DNA of 64,000 nucleotides from Gammaproteobacteria bacterium (GTDB lineage Bacteria; Pseudomonadota; Gammaproteobacteria; UBA1113): NCBI GenBank assembly GCA_020051015.1, contig JAGVJQ010000038.1, positions 6,485 to 70,484 of the forward strand, read 5' to 3'. Shown piece by piece: positions 48,270 to 58,361 of this stretch (position 1 is its first letter; each line of letters starts with the position of its first letter). The notes under the pieces were generated by a model. It saw only the letters and a program-made list of their open reading frames with translations, ran no database searches and was not told where the DNA came from. The position numbers and the translations under genes were made by a program.

Positions 48270-48794
48270 TTATAGCCCCTTTCCTTTTCTGGTTTCTGAT
48301 ATATTTACTACAATATCATCAGGAACAAGAGCTACCGCATCAAAAAAACCATATTCGCGCAGAAATTTACAAGACTCGGGCTCAATAAAATTATTTGCAA
48401 ATTTGATACTTTTATTCTGCCTATCACGATGTGCTTTAATAATCTCACTTGGTGTCATCCCCATTAAGTGCATGCTTTGTATCGCACAGTCAGATTTCGC
48501 TTTTATAAAAATATCAATTAAATCAATATGTTTTTTAAGATACTGATTATTAAAATATAACATTGCAACTTGATTATAAATAGCAATAAAAATCAATAGT
48601 TTTGCACGAATTAAGTTATCTTTATTTTCATCGATATCAAAAGTAATTGCGGGGGGTAGATTGCTATCAATTTCATCGTCAAATTCTGATGTTTCTAATA
48701 AATGTATTCTACCACCTTGTGCAATTCGTCTGATATGGTCATAGCAATCAGTTAAAAATTCTAATTGGGCATCGTAATCTAAATAAAGGGACAT
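48270..48794 (-). CDS. hypothetical protein (174 aa, orphan)
   Basis: ORF on the track. No motif recognised. Confidence 0.55.
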   Translation of the reverse strand: MSLYLDYDAQLEFLTDCYDHIRRIAQGGRIHLLETSEFDDEIDSNLPPAITFDIDENKDNLIRAKLLIFIAIYNQVAMLYFNNQYLKKHIDLIDIFIKAKSDCAIQSMHLMGMTPSEIIKAHRDRQNKSIKFANNFIEPESCKFLREYGFFDAVALVPDDIVVNISETRKGKGL

Positions 48795-48916
48795 TTTTCA
48801 CTCTCAAACATTAACAAATTGGAGTCAAATTTTAACCAAAAAAGATTAATGCTTTATTAGGCTTGATAATTAAATAAATAAAATGCTCTGTGCCCTACAA
48901 AAAAATTAAGATGTGT

Positions 48917-49022
48917 GAAAAGCCGTATGATATAAGATTTGAAGGGCGTCTCGGACCAGGGATGGTAAGGAGAGCTAGGCCATGGATGGCCGTCCCTGAA
49001 AACCTTATATCATACGGCTTTT
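48917..49022 (+). repeat. conserved-core hairpin element, copy 2 (about 20-bp arms around the same core)
   Basis: aaaagccgtatgatataag (left arm) pairs with cttatatcatacggctttt (right arm). The core at 48940-49000 matches copy 1. It lies about 220 nt upstream of virB2. Confidence 0.7.
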
Positions 49023-49242
49023 AAAGAAATCTCTTTTCTCATATTCTCGCACAGAGAATAAAGCACCAGCGTTGAATCAGACAAAAAATTTAAAACTTGA
49101 CCTCAGCTAAGTCGTATCGTCCTAAATCACCACACAATTAAACAATTTTAAAAAATATTTAATTAATGTATTGAAAGTTTATTCTTAATGACATAGGATC
49201 TATTCGTTTGCGTAATTAATAAATATGCAAGGAGTAAATAAT

Positions 49243-49560
49243 ATGCGCATCATCTCCCGCTTAGAAAAGAAAATTTCAGTTTTCATTATCAGTCTACTCT
49301 GTTTACCAAGCATGGCGTTGGCTGCCGCCAGCGATATCGGCAGCGATAAAATCAGCACCGTGTTAGGTGGCTTAGTTAATTTACTTACCTCAACCCCAGC
49401 CAAAGTTTTATTTGTGTTATCTATCATTGGGATTGGTTATGGCTGGTTACATCTAGGGAAAATTCCTAAAGAACAAGCTATCGCCAGCATCATTGGCATC
49501 GGTATTGTCTTTAGCGCTGGTTATATCGCGCAGCAATGTGGTTTAGGTGCATCACTGTAG
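49243..49560 (+). CDS. virB2: VirB2-like T4SS pilin (TrbC/VirB2 family)
   Basis: A long signal peptide ending ALAAAS is followed by two hydrophobic helices separated by a short polar loop. It is the first gene of the virB-ordered operon. ATG at 49243 is preferred over the track start at 49225. Confidence 0.75.
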   Translation: MRIISRLEKKISVFIISLLCLPSMALAAASDIGSDKISTVLGGLVNLLTSTPAKVLFVLSIIGIGYGWLHLGKIPKEQAIASIIGIGIVFSAGYIAQQCGLGASL

Positions 49561-49849
49561 GGGCATTATCGTGATCGAACAACACCCAATATTTGTCGCG
49601 TTGACACGACCACCCATGTTTCTCGGGGTCACGCTAGATTACATGAGCATCATTGTTTTGATTTGCTTATGTGCCTTCATTTTGATGGGATCCGCCAGCT
49701 ATTTACTGCTGTATATTCCATTACATTTATGTGGTTGGGCTGCATGTCGAGCTGATCATCATATTTTTAATTTAATCAGTAAAAAATTGAGTTGCGGCAA
49801 AGTACGCAATTATAAAATATGGGGTTGTCAAAGTTATGAGCCATTCTAA
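49547..49849 (+). CDS. virB3: VirB3-like T4SS protein
   Basis: IFVALTRPPMFLGV motif followed by a hydrophobic helix. Position is between virB2 and virB4. The start is uncertain, and a GTG at 49571 is possible. Confidence 0.7.
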   Translation: MHHCRGIIVIEQHPIFVALTRPPMFLGVTLDYMSIIVLICLCAFILMGSASYLLLYIPLHLCGWAACRADHHIFNLISKKLSCGKVRNYKIWGCQSYEPF

Positions 49850-52322
49850 TTTGATGAAAGCAATACGACAAGAAAACGGCATTGCTCAGCACTGCCCGAT
49901 AACTCATTTAAATTCATCAACCATTTTTGAAACGCATCACGGCATGATTGGATCGGTAATAAAAGTTGCAGGTATACCATTCGATACTGAAACGGATGAT
50001 AATTTAAATCAATTCCATCGTTCATGGCATCATGCTCTAAAAAGCATTGATGATAAGTTTTGTGTTTATGTTACTACACACCGACATCAACAAAACATTT
50101 CGTTAACTGGTGAATTTAATAATCAATTTCTACATGAATTAGATCAACAGTATCATCAACAATTTAATGATAAAACACTGTATGTCAATGATATTTATAT
50201 AACTTTATTATACCGTGGCCTCAATTTAAAAAAGGGTACTAAAACAGTTAACTGGCTGCAAGGTATCAGCGAAAAATTGATTAAAAATGCTCGCCAACAA
50301 TTTCGACAAGAACAAATTGTAGATCACGAAAAATTGTTAATGCAATTGCTAGTGATGTTGTCACCATTCCAGCCCTATTTACTTGGCAGTCATGAGAAAA
50401 ATGAACAACCGTACAGTGAATTACTAAAATTTTTTAGCTTATTATTAAATGCGGAACAGCAATATCCATTAATTCAACCAAATTTTCCAACACCACTTAA
50501 TCATGAAATAACCAATACATCAGCAATGTTTGAAAAATATCCGCATGGCAATATTAGCCAATATTTAAGTCGTTATCGCTATTTTTTTGGTAAATATATC
50601 CAATTACATAATGGTGAGCACGACCGTTTTGCTGCTATGTTAAGCATCAAGCGATATAGTAGTGAAAGCCATGTATTGATGTTTGATCCATTATATTTTT
50701 TAGATTGTGAATTTATCAGCACCCATAGCTTTGCCATTGAAGCAAGTGACAGTTCGCAGAAAATAATAAAACAGCATTTAATAAAATTACAAAATGTAAA
50801 CGATCCAGCCAAAAGTCAAATGAGTGAATTAACCGATGCTCGTGATATGTTAGCCAGCGATCGTTTAATTACTGGTTATCATCATCATACGTTAATGTTG
50901 CTTGCTGACAATCCCCAAGCATTACAGCAAAGTATTAATAACGCATTGCGTAGTTATGCTGAATCAGGTGTGGTTGCCATTAAAGAAGATATTGGCCAAG
51001 AGGCGGCTTTTTGGGCACAGATTCCGGGCAATATTAATTACATTGCTCGTCATGCATTAATAACCAGCCAAAATTTTGCTGATTTTTGCTCCTTACATAA
51101 TTATCGAACCGGTTATCGAGACTGCAACCATCTTGGCAGTGCAGTAACCTTATTAGAGACACCATCAAAAACACCATATTTCTTTAATTTCCACGCCAAA
51201 AGCACCTCTTCTGAAAAACAAAATCCGACCAAAGGTCACACCACCATTATTGGTGGCAATGGTTCGGGGAAAACAGTGATGATGGCCTTTTTAGATGCAC
51301 AAGCCAGTCGCTATGGTGGTAATACATTTATCTTTGATCGTGATCGTGGAATGGAAATTTATATTCGTGCCTGTGGTGGTCGTTATGCCATTTTATCACC
51401 TAATCATCGCGATATCGCATTCAATCCATTGCAACTAGCTGATACACCAGAAAATCGTAAATTCTGCCAAGAGTGGTTATGTCAATTAGTCAAAAATGAG
51501 CACGAAACTGAATTACCGAGTGAAATTACTTCAGCAATGACATCATGCGTTGATTATGCATTTCAACACTTAGCGCCGCAACATCGCCAGTTATCAAATA
51601 TTGTATCGATGCTCCCAATGAATTTTTCACGTTGGACCTCATTACGCCGTTGGTTACGACAACATGATCGTTACTCTGATGGAGAATATGCTTATTTATT
51701 TGATAATCCAATTGATAACTTTCAACTATCAACAAAAACTGGTTTTGACATGACTCATTTTTTAGATAATGAATCGTCATCTGTAAGAATGGCAGTATTC
51801 ATGTATATCATGCATTTACTTAAACTAAAAATGAATGGTCAATTATTATCAATCTATTTGGATGAAGGTTGGCAGTATGCCGCCGATCCTTATTGGGTAG
51901 AGCGGCTAAAAAAGGATTTTCCAACATTAAGAAAATATAACGCTCACTTGGTTTTTGCCACTCAATCGCCGGCAAGTGTCGTACAATCAGCTTTGCGTAA
52001 TGTTATTTTAGATAATTGTGCCACCAATATTTTTTTTGCAAATCCACAGGCTAAAAAAGAACATTATATCGATGGATTTAATTTAACAGAGTCCGAGTTT
52101 TCTGCCATACAAGGCAATGAACCTGCCAGCCGTTTATTTTTATTAAAGCAAGAACATGAATCAACCTTGTGCCGTCTTAATTTATCGCACATGTCGGATA
52201 CTTTAGCAGTTTTGTCTGGTAACAAAAAAACCGTGAATTTACTAGAAAAAATTCGCCAAGAAGTTGGTGACGACCCCGCTATATGGTTGCCAATATTTCA
52301 AAAATGGAGGCTTGAAGTATGA
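49836..52322 (+). CDS. virB4: VirB4 T4SS ATPase
   Basis: 828 aa. Walker A IIGGNGSGKTV and Walker B-like LSIYLDEGW. Operon position. Confidence 0.9.
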   Translation: MSHSNLMKAIRQENGIAQHCPITHLNSSTIFETHHGMIGSVIKVAGIPFDTETDDNLNQFHRSWHHALKSIDDKFCVYVTTHRHQQNISLTGEFNNQFLHELDQQYHQQFNDKTLYVNDIYITLLYRGLNLKKGTKTVNWLQGISEKLIKNARQQFRQEQIVDHEKLLMQLLVMLSPFQPYLLGSHEKNEQPYSELLKFFSLLLNAEQQYPLIQPNFPTPLNHEITNTSAMFEKYPHGNISQYLSRYRYFFGKYIQLHNGEHDRFAAMLSIKRYSSESHVLMFDPLYFLDCEFISTHSFAIEASDSSQKIIKQHLIKLQNVNDPAKSQMSELTDARDMLASDRLITGYHHHTLMLLADNPQALQQSINNALRSYAESGVVAIKEDIGQEAAFWAQIPGNINYIARHALITSQNFADFCSLHNYRTGYRDCNHLGSAVTLLETPSKTPYFFNFHAKSTSSEKQNPTKGHTTIIGGNGSGKTVMMAFLDAQASRYGGNTFIFDRDRGMEIYIRACGGRYAILSPNHRDIAFNPLQLADTPENRKFCQEWLCQLVKNEHETELPSEITSAMTSCVDYAFQHLAPQHRQLSNIVSMLPMNFSRWTSLRRWLRQHDRYSDGEYAYLFDNPIDNFQLSTKTGFDMTHFLDNESSSVRMAVFMYIMHLLKLKMNGQLLSIYLDEGWQYAADPYWVERLKKDFPTLRKYNAHLVFATQSPASVVQSALRNVILDNCATNIFFANPQAKKEHYIDGFNLTESEFSAIQGNEPASRLFLLKQEHESTLCRLNLSHMSDTLAVLSGNKKTVNLLEKIRQEVGDDPAIWLPIFQKWRLEV

Positions 52323-53011
52323 AAAAAATATTACTCATTTTTTCGTTAATTTTTTTATTTAATTCTGCCTTTGCGGATGCAGCGCCAGGACCACAATGGG
52401 TTATTGATTATAAAAGCATTGATCAACTTGTAAAGCAAATAGAAGAATTAAATAAAATGAATCAACAGTTACTTGATACTGCAGATAAGGTAGAAGCCGT
52501 TAAAGGTAATATTTCTGGCCTCTTTAATTATGGAGCAATGAGCAATGACCTGGCTTCATGGCAATGGACGGCTAACACATGGAATCAAGAAATTGCAGAA
52601 TTAGCTGGTGGTAATCCTTCACGTTATCAACAGCTGATGAAAGAATATGAACAGACGCATAAAACCATGTCAAAAGATAATTATAGCCAAGGCGCTAGTA
52701 TAGAACGTTCCGATATCTATGATCAAAACATTAAAATTAATAAAGCAGCTTATGCTGAATCTTCACAAGAATTTAATGATATCAATAAACGATTAAATGA
52801 AATTCATGATTTGACCGTTCAAATTGATAAAGCTGATACATCTAAAAAAGCGTTAGATTTAAATTCACGACTATTAGCACAAGTTGCTTATTTGCAAGCT
52901 GAACAATTGCGCATGCAAACTTTGTTAAACCAACAATATGCCCAAACACAAGCAGCACAAATTGATGAAGATACATTAGCTAGCCAATTTAATTCATTAC
53001 CAAAAAAATAA
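52319..53011 (+). CDS. virB5: VirB5-like minor pilin / TrbJ-like protein
   Basis: Signal peptide followed by a helical, Gln-rich secreted protein of 230 aa directly after virB4. ATGA overlap with the virB4 stop. Confidence 0.6.
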   Translation: MKKILLIFSLIFLFNSAFADAAPGPQWVIDYKSIDQLVKQIEELNKMNQQLLDTADKVEAVKGNISGLFNYGAMSNDLASWQWTANTWNQEIAELAGGNPSRYQQLMKEYEQTHKTMSKDNYSQGASIERSDIYDQNIKINKAAYAESSQEFNDINKRLNEIHDLTVQIDKADTSKKALDLNSRLLAQVAYLQAEQLRMQTLLNQQYAQTQAAQIDEDTLASQFNSLPKK

Positions 53012-53027
53012 TTATGAAGGAAACGTT

Positions 53028-53174
53028 ATGAAAGTAATATTAAAAATATTTTTAACTTGTGCCATGTTATTCATGCTCACTGCTTGTGCTGAGAGTGAAT
53101 TAACTGCTCCATGCCCTAACTATGGTCAGAGTTGTGTTAAGAAACCCATCAACAGTTGGAATTATCCAAATTAA
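53028..53174 (+). CDS. 48-aa lipoprotein, VirB7-like or entry-exclusion (Eex)-like. It is not in the supplied ORF track.
   Basis: Hand translation gives MKVILKIFLTCAMLFMLTACAESELTAPCPNYGQSCVKKPINSWNYPN. It has a lipobox (LTAC) and a P-I-N string resembling the P-[ILV]-N motif of VirB7 proteins. GGAAAC lies 7-12 nt upstream of the ATG. It fills the virB5-virB6 gap. Confidence 0.5.
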   Translation: MKVILKIFLTCAMLFMLTACAESELTAPCPNYGQSCVKKPINSWNYPN

Positions 53175-53186
53175 TAAAGGCATATC

Positions 53187-54236
53187 ATGGGACAAATTAT
53201 TAATTACGATGAAATCGTAAATTGGCTTTTTGAAGAAGTGCATGTCTTAACGGATGATTATGTCAATCTTGCTTACCATGCTTTGGATAAGACACTAGCA
53301 CAACCCATTTTGTTGGCAATGACACTCTATATTGTCATTCTTGGAATTTGTATCACACAAGGTTGGATACAGTTATCATTTAGTAACTTAGTAAAAGTAA
53401 CCCTTAAATTAGCTATTATTTTTTCCTTTGCCATGAACTGGGATATTTTTTCCAATTATGTGGTTAACATGGTTGTCAATGGCTCATCCGAACTTGGCAA
53501 TGCTTTAATAAAAGCATCACCATTAACTAAACCTAATCTTGGTAATGCTACGATTCAAAATGCATTACAAGATTTGCTTGATAGCATTACATTAATCGGG
53601 CAAAAAATATTTGAAAAAGGATCCTTTCACAATTTCACACCTTATATTTGTGGATTATTTGTTTGGGGGTTTGGTTATATATTAATAATTGTCGCTACCA
53701 TGGAGCTACTTTGTTCACAAGTATTGTTAGCTTTAATGTTGGCTCTTGCACCTCTTTTCATCGGTTTTACACTATTTAAATCCATGCATGGATTATGTGA
53801 TCGTTGGTTAGGACAAATTGCTGGTTACGCATTAATTCAAATCCTTGTATCAGCAACTGTAGGTTTTGTTTTAGTCATTGCCGAACAAGTCATCCCGATT
53901 AAGATTGTTGCCGATGCTATCGATGTAAAAGATCTTAACCTAGTAAGCTTTGTTCCACTCATGTTAATGAGTCTATTAAGCATAGGTATTATTTTGCGCA
54001 GCGCCAATATTGCTATGAATTTGGGAAATGCCGTTGGCACTATCTCTGGATCATATTTAATGGCCGGTTTTGCTACTCGTGCAATTAAAACTGGAGCAGC
54101 TGGTAGCACTGCTATTGGTACAACAATCAGTACTTTTAGCTCGGCTGTCAATACCAGTCAAAAAATCGGAGAGTCAATTGGTAAAGGCATTGGCAATACT
54201 ATAGAAAGCATTCGCAATAAACTTCGTCAAGGTTAA
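53187..54236 (+). CDS. virB6: VirB6 / TrbL-family polytopic inner-membrane T4SS protein
   Basis: 349 aa with at least 5 hydrophobic segments and a Gly/Ser/Thr-rich C-terminal tail. Operon position. Confidence 0.75.
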   Translation: MGQIINYDEIVNWLFEEVHVLTDDYVNLAYHALDKTLAQPILLAMTLYIVILGICITQGWIQLSFSNLVKVTLKLAIIFSFAMNWDIFSNYVVNMVVNGSSELGNALIKASPLTKPNLGNATIQNALQDLLDSITLIGQKIFEKGSFHNFTPYICGLFVWGFGYILIIVATMELLCSQVLLALMLALAPLFIGFTLFKSMHGLCDRWLGQIAGYALIQILVSATVGFVLVIAEQVIPIKIVADAIDVKDLNLVSFVPLMLMSLLSIGIILRSANIAMNLGNAVGTISGSYLMAGFATRAIKTGAAGSTAIGTTISTFSSAVNTSQKIGESIGKGIGNTIESIRNKLRQG

Positions 54237-54242
54237 ATTCAT

Positions 54243-54962
54243 ATGAAATGGAACGATTCAAACTCAGAACAATCTTATTTTACCCAAGCTGCAAGCTGGG
54301 CAGATGATATTTATACGGCATCTATTTCTAGAGCCAATCGCTATAAAATTGCATTTTATATTAGCTTAGCTGCAATTTGTTTATTAGCATTTACTATCAT
54401 GCTCATGATGCCATTAGAAAAAACCGATCTTGTTGTCGTTCATCAATCCGATGATGGTGTCGTGTGGGTTGAACCTGCAAAACAGCCTTATGCCCCAGAA
54501 AATCGTGCTCAAACTGAAAGCGAGTTAGTCAATTATGTCATTAACCGTGAAAGCTATAGCTCTTACTCATTTCATGCTCAATATTCACTCGTTAATATCA
54601 CCAGCAGTGATGCTATTGCAAAAGAATATGATGAAGAACAAAGCTCTCATAATCCTAAATCACCTATCAATACTTTTGGTAAAAATGCTGAAAAAGTTGT
54701 TCATGTTAATAATGTTGTGTTTATGGATAACATCAAGTTGAACTCTGATAATGGCAATAAAATATCTCATCAAAATTTAGCACAAGTAAACTTCACTGTG
54801 ACTATTAAAAATAATAGTGGCGTCATTGAAAGTACGACACCATTAACTGCATTAATTAATTGGACTTATCGAGGCGTACCCAATAATCCAGACATTCGTT
54901 GGCAAAATTGGAATGGTTTCACGGTCACTCATTACAGCTTGCAACAAAGAAGTGAAGAGTAA
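54243..54962 (+). CDS. virB8: VirB8 T4SS protein
   Basis: Bitopic layout: a cytoplasmic N-terminus, one TM segment (IAFYISLAAICLLAFTIMLMM) and a periplasmic NTF2-like domain pattern. Confidence 0.8.
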   Translation: MKWNDSNSEQSYFTQAASWADDIYTASISRANRYKIAFYISLAAICLLAFTIMLMMPLEKTDLVVVHQSDDGVVWVEPAKQPYAPENRAQTESELVNYVINRESYSSYSFHAQYSLVNITSSDAIAKEYDEEQSSHNPKSPINTFGKNAEKVVHVNNVVFMDNIKLNSDNGNKISHQNLAQVNFTVTIKNNSGVIESTTPLTALINWTYRGVPNNPDIRWQNWNGFTVTHYSLQQRSEE

Positions 54963-55001
54963 ATTTAAAATTATTTTGTGCAAATTATATTAGGAAAAAT
55001 C

Positions 55002-55775
55002 ATGAGAAAAATTATCTTAACGCTTACTTTAGCAGTCTTTTCCCTCGATGTCATGGCAGCGCAGGCACCACGTCCTTTAGCTAGTGACTATAGGATCCGC
55101 GTCGTGCCATATGATCCTGACAATGTAGTGAAAATTAAAGGCAGCACTATGACAACTACGCAAATATCTTTTAATAAAGATGAAATTATTGAAGATATTC
55201 AAAGTGGCGATGTTGCTGCTTGGACTTTGGATGTGCAAAAACAATTACCCAATATGCTATTTCTAAAACCAACCATGTCCGATTCCAATACTAATATGAC
55301 TGTTGTTACCAATCAACACACATATTACTTTCACTTAAGTAGTACTGATAACCCACAAATAATACCAACCTATGCCATTCGCTTCACTTATCCAGATGAG
55401 GAAAAAGCTGCTTTGTTAAAGCAATTAAATTTTCAAAAACAGCAACAACAAGCTTTAGTTAATGTTGCTCAAAATCCAAAAAACTACAATTGGAATTATA
55501 GCTTCAGTGGTTCGCCACAAGTATTACCGCTACATGTGTTTGATGATGGGCAATTTACTTATATGCAACTACGTCCCGGTCAGCCAGTACCCGCTGTGTT
55601 TGCAGTTGATAATAAGGCAGGACATGAATCCGTTGTCAATTACCGGCGTGATGGGGAATATTTGATCGTACAACAAATTTCGCCTGAGTTTACCTTGCGT
55701 GATGGGAAAGATAAAGTCACAAGTATTTTTAACAATAAAGTGATTCAGCAATTGCGTCAGCAAGGAGTTGCTTAA
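55002..55775 (+). CDS. virB9: VirB9 T4SS outer-membrane core protein
   Basis: Signal peptide followed by DYRIRVVPYDPDNVVKIKG...TTQISF, typical of VirB9/CagX/TrbG. ATG at 55002 is preferred over the track start (GTG at 54978). Confidence 0.85.
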   Translation: MRKIILTLTLAVFSLDVMAAQAPRPLASDYRIRVVPYDPDNVVKIKGSTMTTTQISFNKDEIIEDIQSGDVAAWTLDVQKQLPNMLFLKPTMSDSNTNMTVVTNQHTYYFHLSSTDNPQIIPTYAIRFTYPDEEKAALLKQLNFQKQQQQALVNVAQNPKNYNWNYSFSGSPQVLPLHVFDDGQFTYMQLRPGQPVPAVFAVDNKAGHESVVNYRRDGEYLIVQQISPEFTLRDGKDKVTSIFNNKVIQQLRQQGVA

Positions 55776-55777
55776 TA

Positions 55778-56932
55778 ATGACTACACCACAACCTCCTGA
55801 AATGCCTGATAATCCATCTTTAGTATCAGAAGAACCTGGCTTAACACCAAAAAAACTTTTAATTTATACTATGCTGGGAACTATGTTGGTAATTGTCAGC
55901 ATGGGCTTTATTTTTTCTAAACCCCATAAAGAACAGAAAGAGATAGAAACCGCTACTAATACCATCAATACCAAAGATATTAATCGCGCTTTAGCAGAAA
56001 ACTTAGCTACGTTGGAAAGAATTAATCAACAAACGCAAGCGCGTTTAAATCAAGAAAAGTCTGCGCTATCTCCCCCATCTGTAACAATAACGAATGATAC
56101 ACCATCACAAGAACCTTCTGTCAACCAACCTAATGAAGCATCAATTCGAGCTTTTCGTGCACGTCTGAATGCACCGACATTAATGTATTCAGCTGAACAG
56201 AATGCGGCAGTTACTTTACCCATTACTAATGCACAGAACGTCAATAATAATGTCTCCAATGCAATTTATGCAGGTAAAGGCAGTAATGCAGCCTTTATCA
56301 ATCAAACCTCTGAAAGTGATACTACAACCGCTACCTCAATTAAAAATCCTGATTATACGGTTGCATCTGGTGAAATGATTCATGCCGCTCTCGAAACAGC
56401 CATTAATTCTGATTTGCCTGGTAGCGTTCGCGCCGTAGTCACTATGCCAGTTTATGCCTACATCGGGAATCAACCATTAATTCCAGCTGGTTCACGTTTA
56501 CTAGGTCAATATGCCTCATCCGTGGTACAAGGCCAACAACGCATATTAGTAGTGTGGAATCGCGTCCTATTACCTGATGGCACAACAGCACAACTTGATA
56601 GTCCTAGCACCGATCCATTAGGTCAAAGTGGGCAAGGTGCAGATAGTGTTGAAACACATTTCTGGTCACGCTTCGGTCAAGCAACATTGCTCTCTATTTT
56701 AGGCGCAGGTGCTGCAAACGTGGGGGTAAATGGCGGCGACCAATATAATTCTGCATCAGAATATCGTTCGGCTATCACACAGTCATTAAATGATAGTGCC
56801 GCTGCCAGTTTACAAAATACCATTAATAATTCTCCAACCTTACATATTGAACAAGGCGCAGCTATTAATGTATTTGTGACCAGAGATTTAAGTTTTTACG
56901 ATGTAATGAATAGAGAGAACAATAATGTCTGA
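55778..56932 (+). CDS. virB10: VirB10 T4SS core protein
   Basis: N-terminal TM segment, a Pro/Gln-rich linker and the C-terminal TrbI/VirB10 barrel region (ASGEMIHAALETAINSDLPG...IPAGSRLLGQY...RILVVWNRVLLPDG). Confidence 0.85.
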   Translation: MTTPQPPEMPDNPSLVSEEPGLTPKKLLIYTMLGTMLVIVSMGFIFSKPHKEQKEIETATNTINTKDINRALAENLATLERINQQTQARLNQEKSALSPPSVTITNDTPSQEPSVNQPNEASIRAFRARLNAPTLMYSAEQNAAVTLPITNAQNVNNNVSNAIYAGKGSNAAFINQTSESDTTTATSIKNPDYTVASGEMIHAALETAINSDLPGSVRAVVTMPVYAYIGNQPLIPAGSRLLGQYASSVVQGQQRILVVWNRVLLPDGTTAQLDSPSTDPLGQSGQGADSVETHFWSRFGQATLLSILGAGAANVGVNGGDQYNSASEYRSAITQSLNDSAAASLQNTINNSPTLHIEQGAAINVFVTRDLSFYDVMNRENNNV

Positions 56933-57935
56933 GTTTTCGCCTAATGCCGCAGGTATGTTAGTGCCATTATCTGATTGGTTAAATGATCCTGCAGTATCTG
57001 AAATTTTATTAAATCAACCAGGCGAAATCTTTGTTGAAAAGAATGGCACTTTACAAAAACATGAACTGTCTATTCTCGATAAAAATATGTTGTACGCTTT
57101 ATTTCAGCTGATTGCCCATGAAAACCAACAAATTTTAAATGAAGCTTATCCGATTCTATCAGGTAATTTGCATGATGGATCGCGTATTCAATTAGTATTA
57201 CCGCCTGCTGCATTACATCCCACGTTTTCTATTCGACGTGCAGTAGCAAAGCATATGACACTGGATGATTATTACCAACAACAGTTTTATCAATTCACAC
57301 AACCAGCGCAGTTACATGCAAAATCTATTTTACATTTACCAGAATCAGAACAGTTATTATTATCATTTTACCATCAGCAAAATTGGGATGCTTTTGTACG
57401 ACAAGCAATCCTATGCAAAAAAACAATCGTTATTTCCGGTGGAACGGCTAGTGGCAAAACAACTTTTTTACGTGCTTGCTTAGAAACTATTCCACAGCAT
57501 GAGCGTTTAATTTTATTAGAAGATACACGCGAATTAACCATTTCACATCCCAATCAAGTCCGATTACTCGCAATAAAAGGTGAACAAGGTTTAGCAAAAG
57601 TCACTATGCAAGATCTCGTGCAATGTTGCTTACGCTTACGTCCTGATCGCATCATTATTGGTGAAATTCGTGGTAAAGAAATTGCTGATTTTATTGCTGC
57701 CGCCGCCACGGGCCATGAAGGTAGTATGACTAGCATTCATGCTAGCAATCCAGAACTTGCTTTTATGCGTATGACTCAAATGTACAAATTAAATAATGTA
57801 CCCGCCATGTCAGACGCTGATATTCGTCGCGAATTAGAATCTGTCATCGATATCATCATTCAGCTCGCTAAAACGCCACAAGGCAGAAAAGTACAGCAAG
57901 TTTATTATAAACAGGCATGTGAGTTAGAAAAGTAA
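56925..57935 (+). CDS. virB11: VirB11 T4SS hexameric ATPase
   Basis: Walker A GGTASGKTT, Asp box LLEDTREL, Walker B RPDRIIIGEIRG and His box TGHEGSMTSIHA. Confidence 0.9.
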   Translation: MSEFSPNAAGMLVPLSDWLNDPAVSEILLNQPGEIFVEKNGTLQKHELSILDKNMLYALFQLIAHENQQILNEAYPILSGNLHDGSRIQLVLPPAALHPTFSIRRAVAKHMTLDDYYQQQFYQFTQPAQLHAKSILHLPESEQLLLSFYHQQNWDAFVRQAILCKKTIVISGGTASGKTTFLRACLETIPQHERLILLEDTRELTISHPNQVRLLAIKGEQGLAKVTMQDLVQCCLRLRPDRIIIGEIRGKEIADFIAAAATGHEGSMTSIHASNPELAFMRMTQMYKLNNVPAMSDADIRRELESVIDIIIQLAKTPQGRKVQQVYYKQACELEK

Positions 57936-58006
57936 TGAATATCAATTAGGATATTACATTGACGTAATATGCCTTTTGTGTAATAATTATTAAATGGTTT
58001 AGATAT

Positions 58007-58357
58007 ATGTGGAACATTAAGTATACGGATGAGTTTGAGGTTTGGTGGGAAACATTAAGTATAGCAACTCAAATTAGTATTGACTCAATAATTGGATTAC
58101 TTGAAGAATGCGGGCCTAATTTGCCCTTCCCTTATTCGTCAAGTATTAATGATTCAAAATACTCACATATGCGAGAATTAAGGATTCAACATCGAGGAAA
58201 ACCCTACCGAGTCTTATATGCATTTGATCCTCATCGAAATGCCATATTATTATTGGGTGGCAATAAAATTGGGAATAAACGTTGGTACGATCAATATATT
58301 CCAATAGCTGATAAGTTATACAAAGAATACATTGATACTTTAAATAAAAAGAGGTAA
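58007..58357 (+). CDS. higB: HigB-like (RelE/ParE superfamily) addiction-module killer toxin
   Basis: The pattern FEVWWETL...SHMRELRIQHRGKPYRVLYAFDPHRNAILLLGGNKIGNKRWY is typical of the phage/plasmid 'killer protein' family. The toxin-first pair has a 4-nt spacer. Confidence 0.75.
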   Translation: MWNIKYTDEFEVWWETLSIATQISIDSIIGLLEECGPNLPFPYSSSINDSKYSHMRELRIQHRGKPYRVLYAFDPHRNAILLLGGNKIGNKRWYDQYIPIADKLYKEYIDTLNKKR

Positions 58358-58361
58358 TAAA

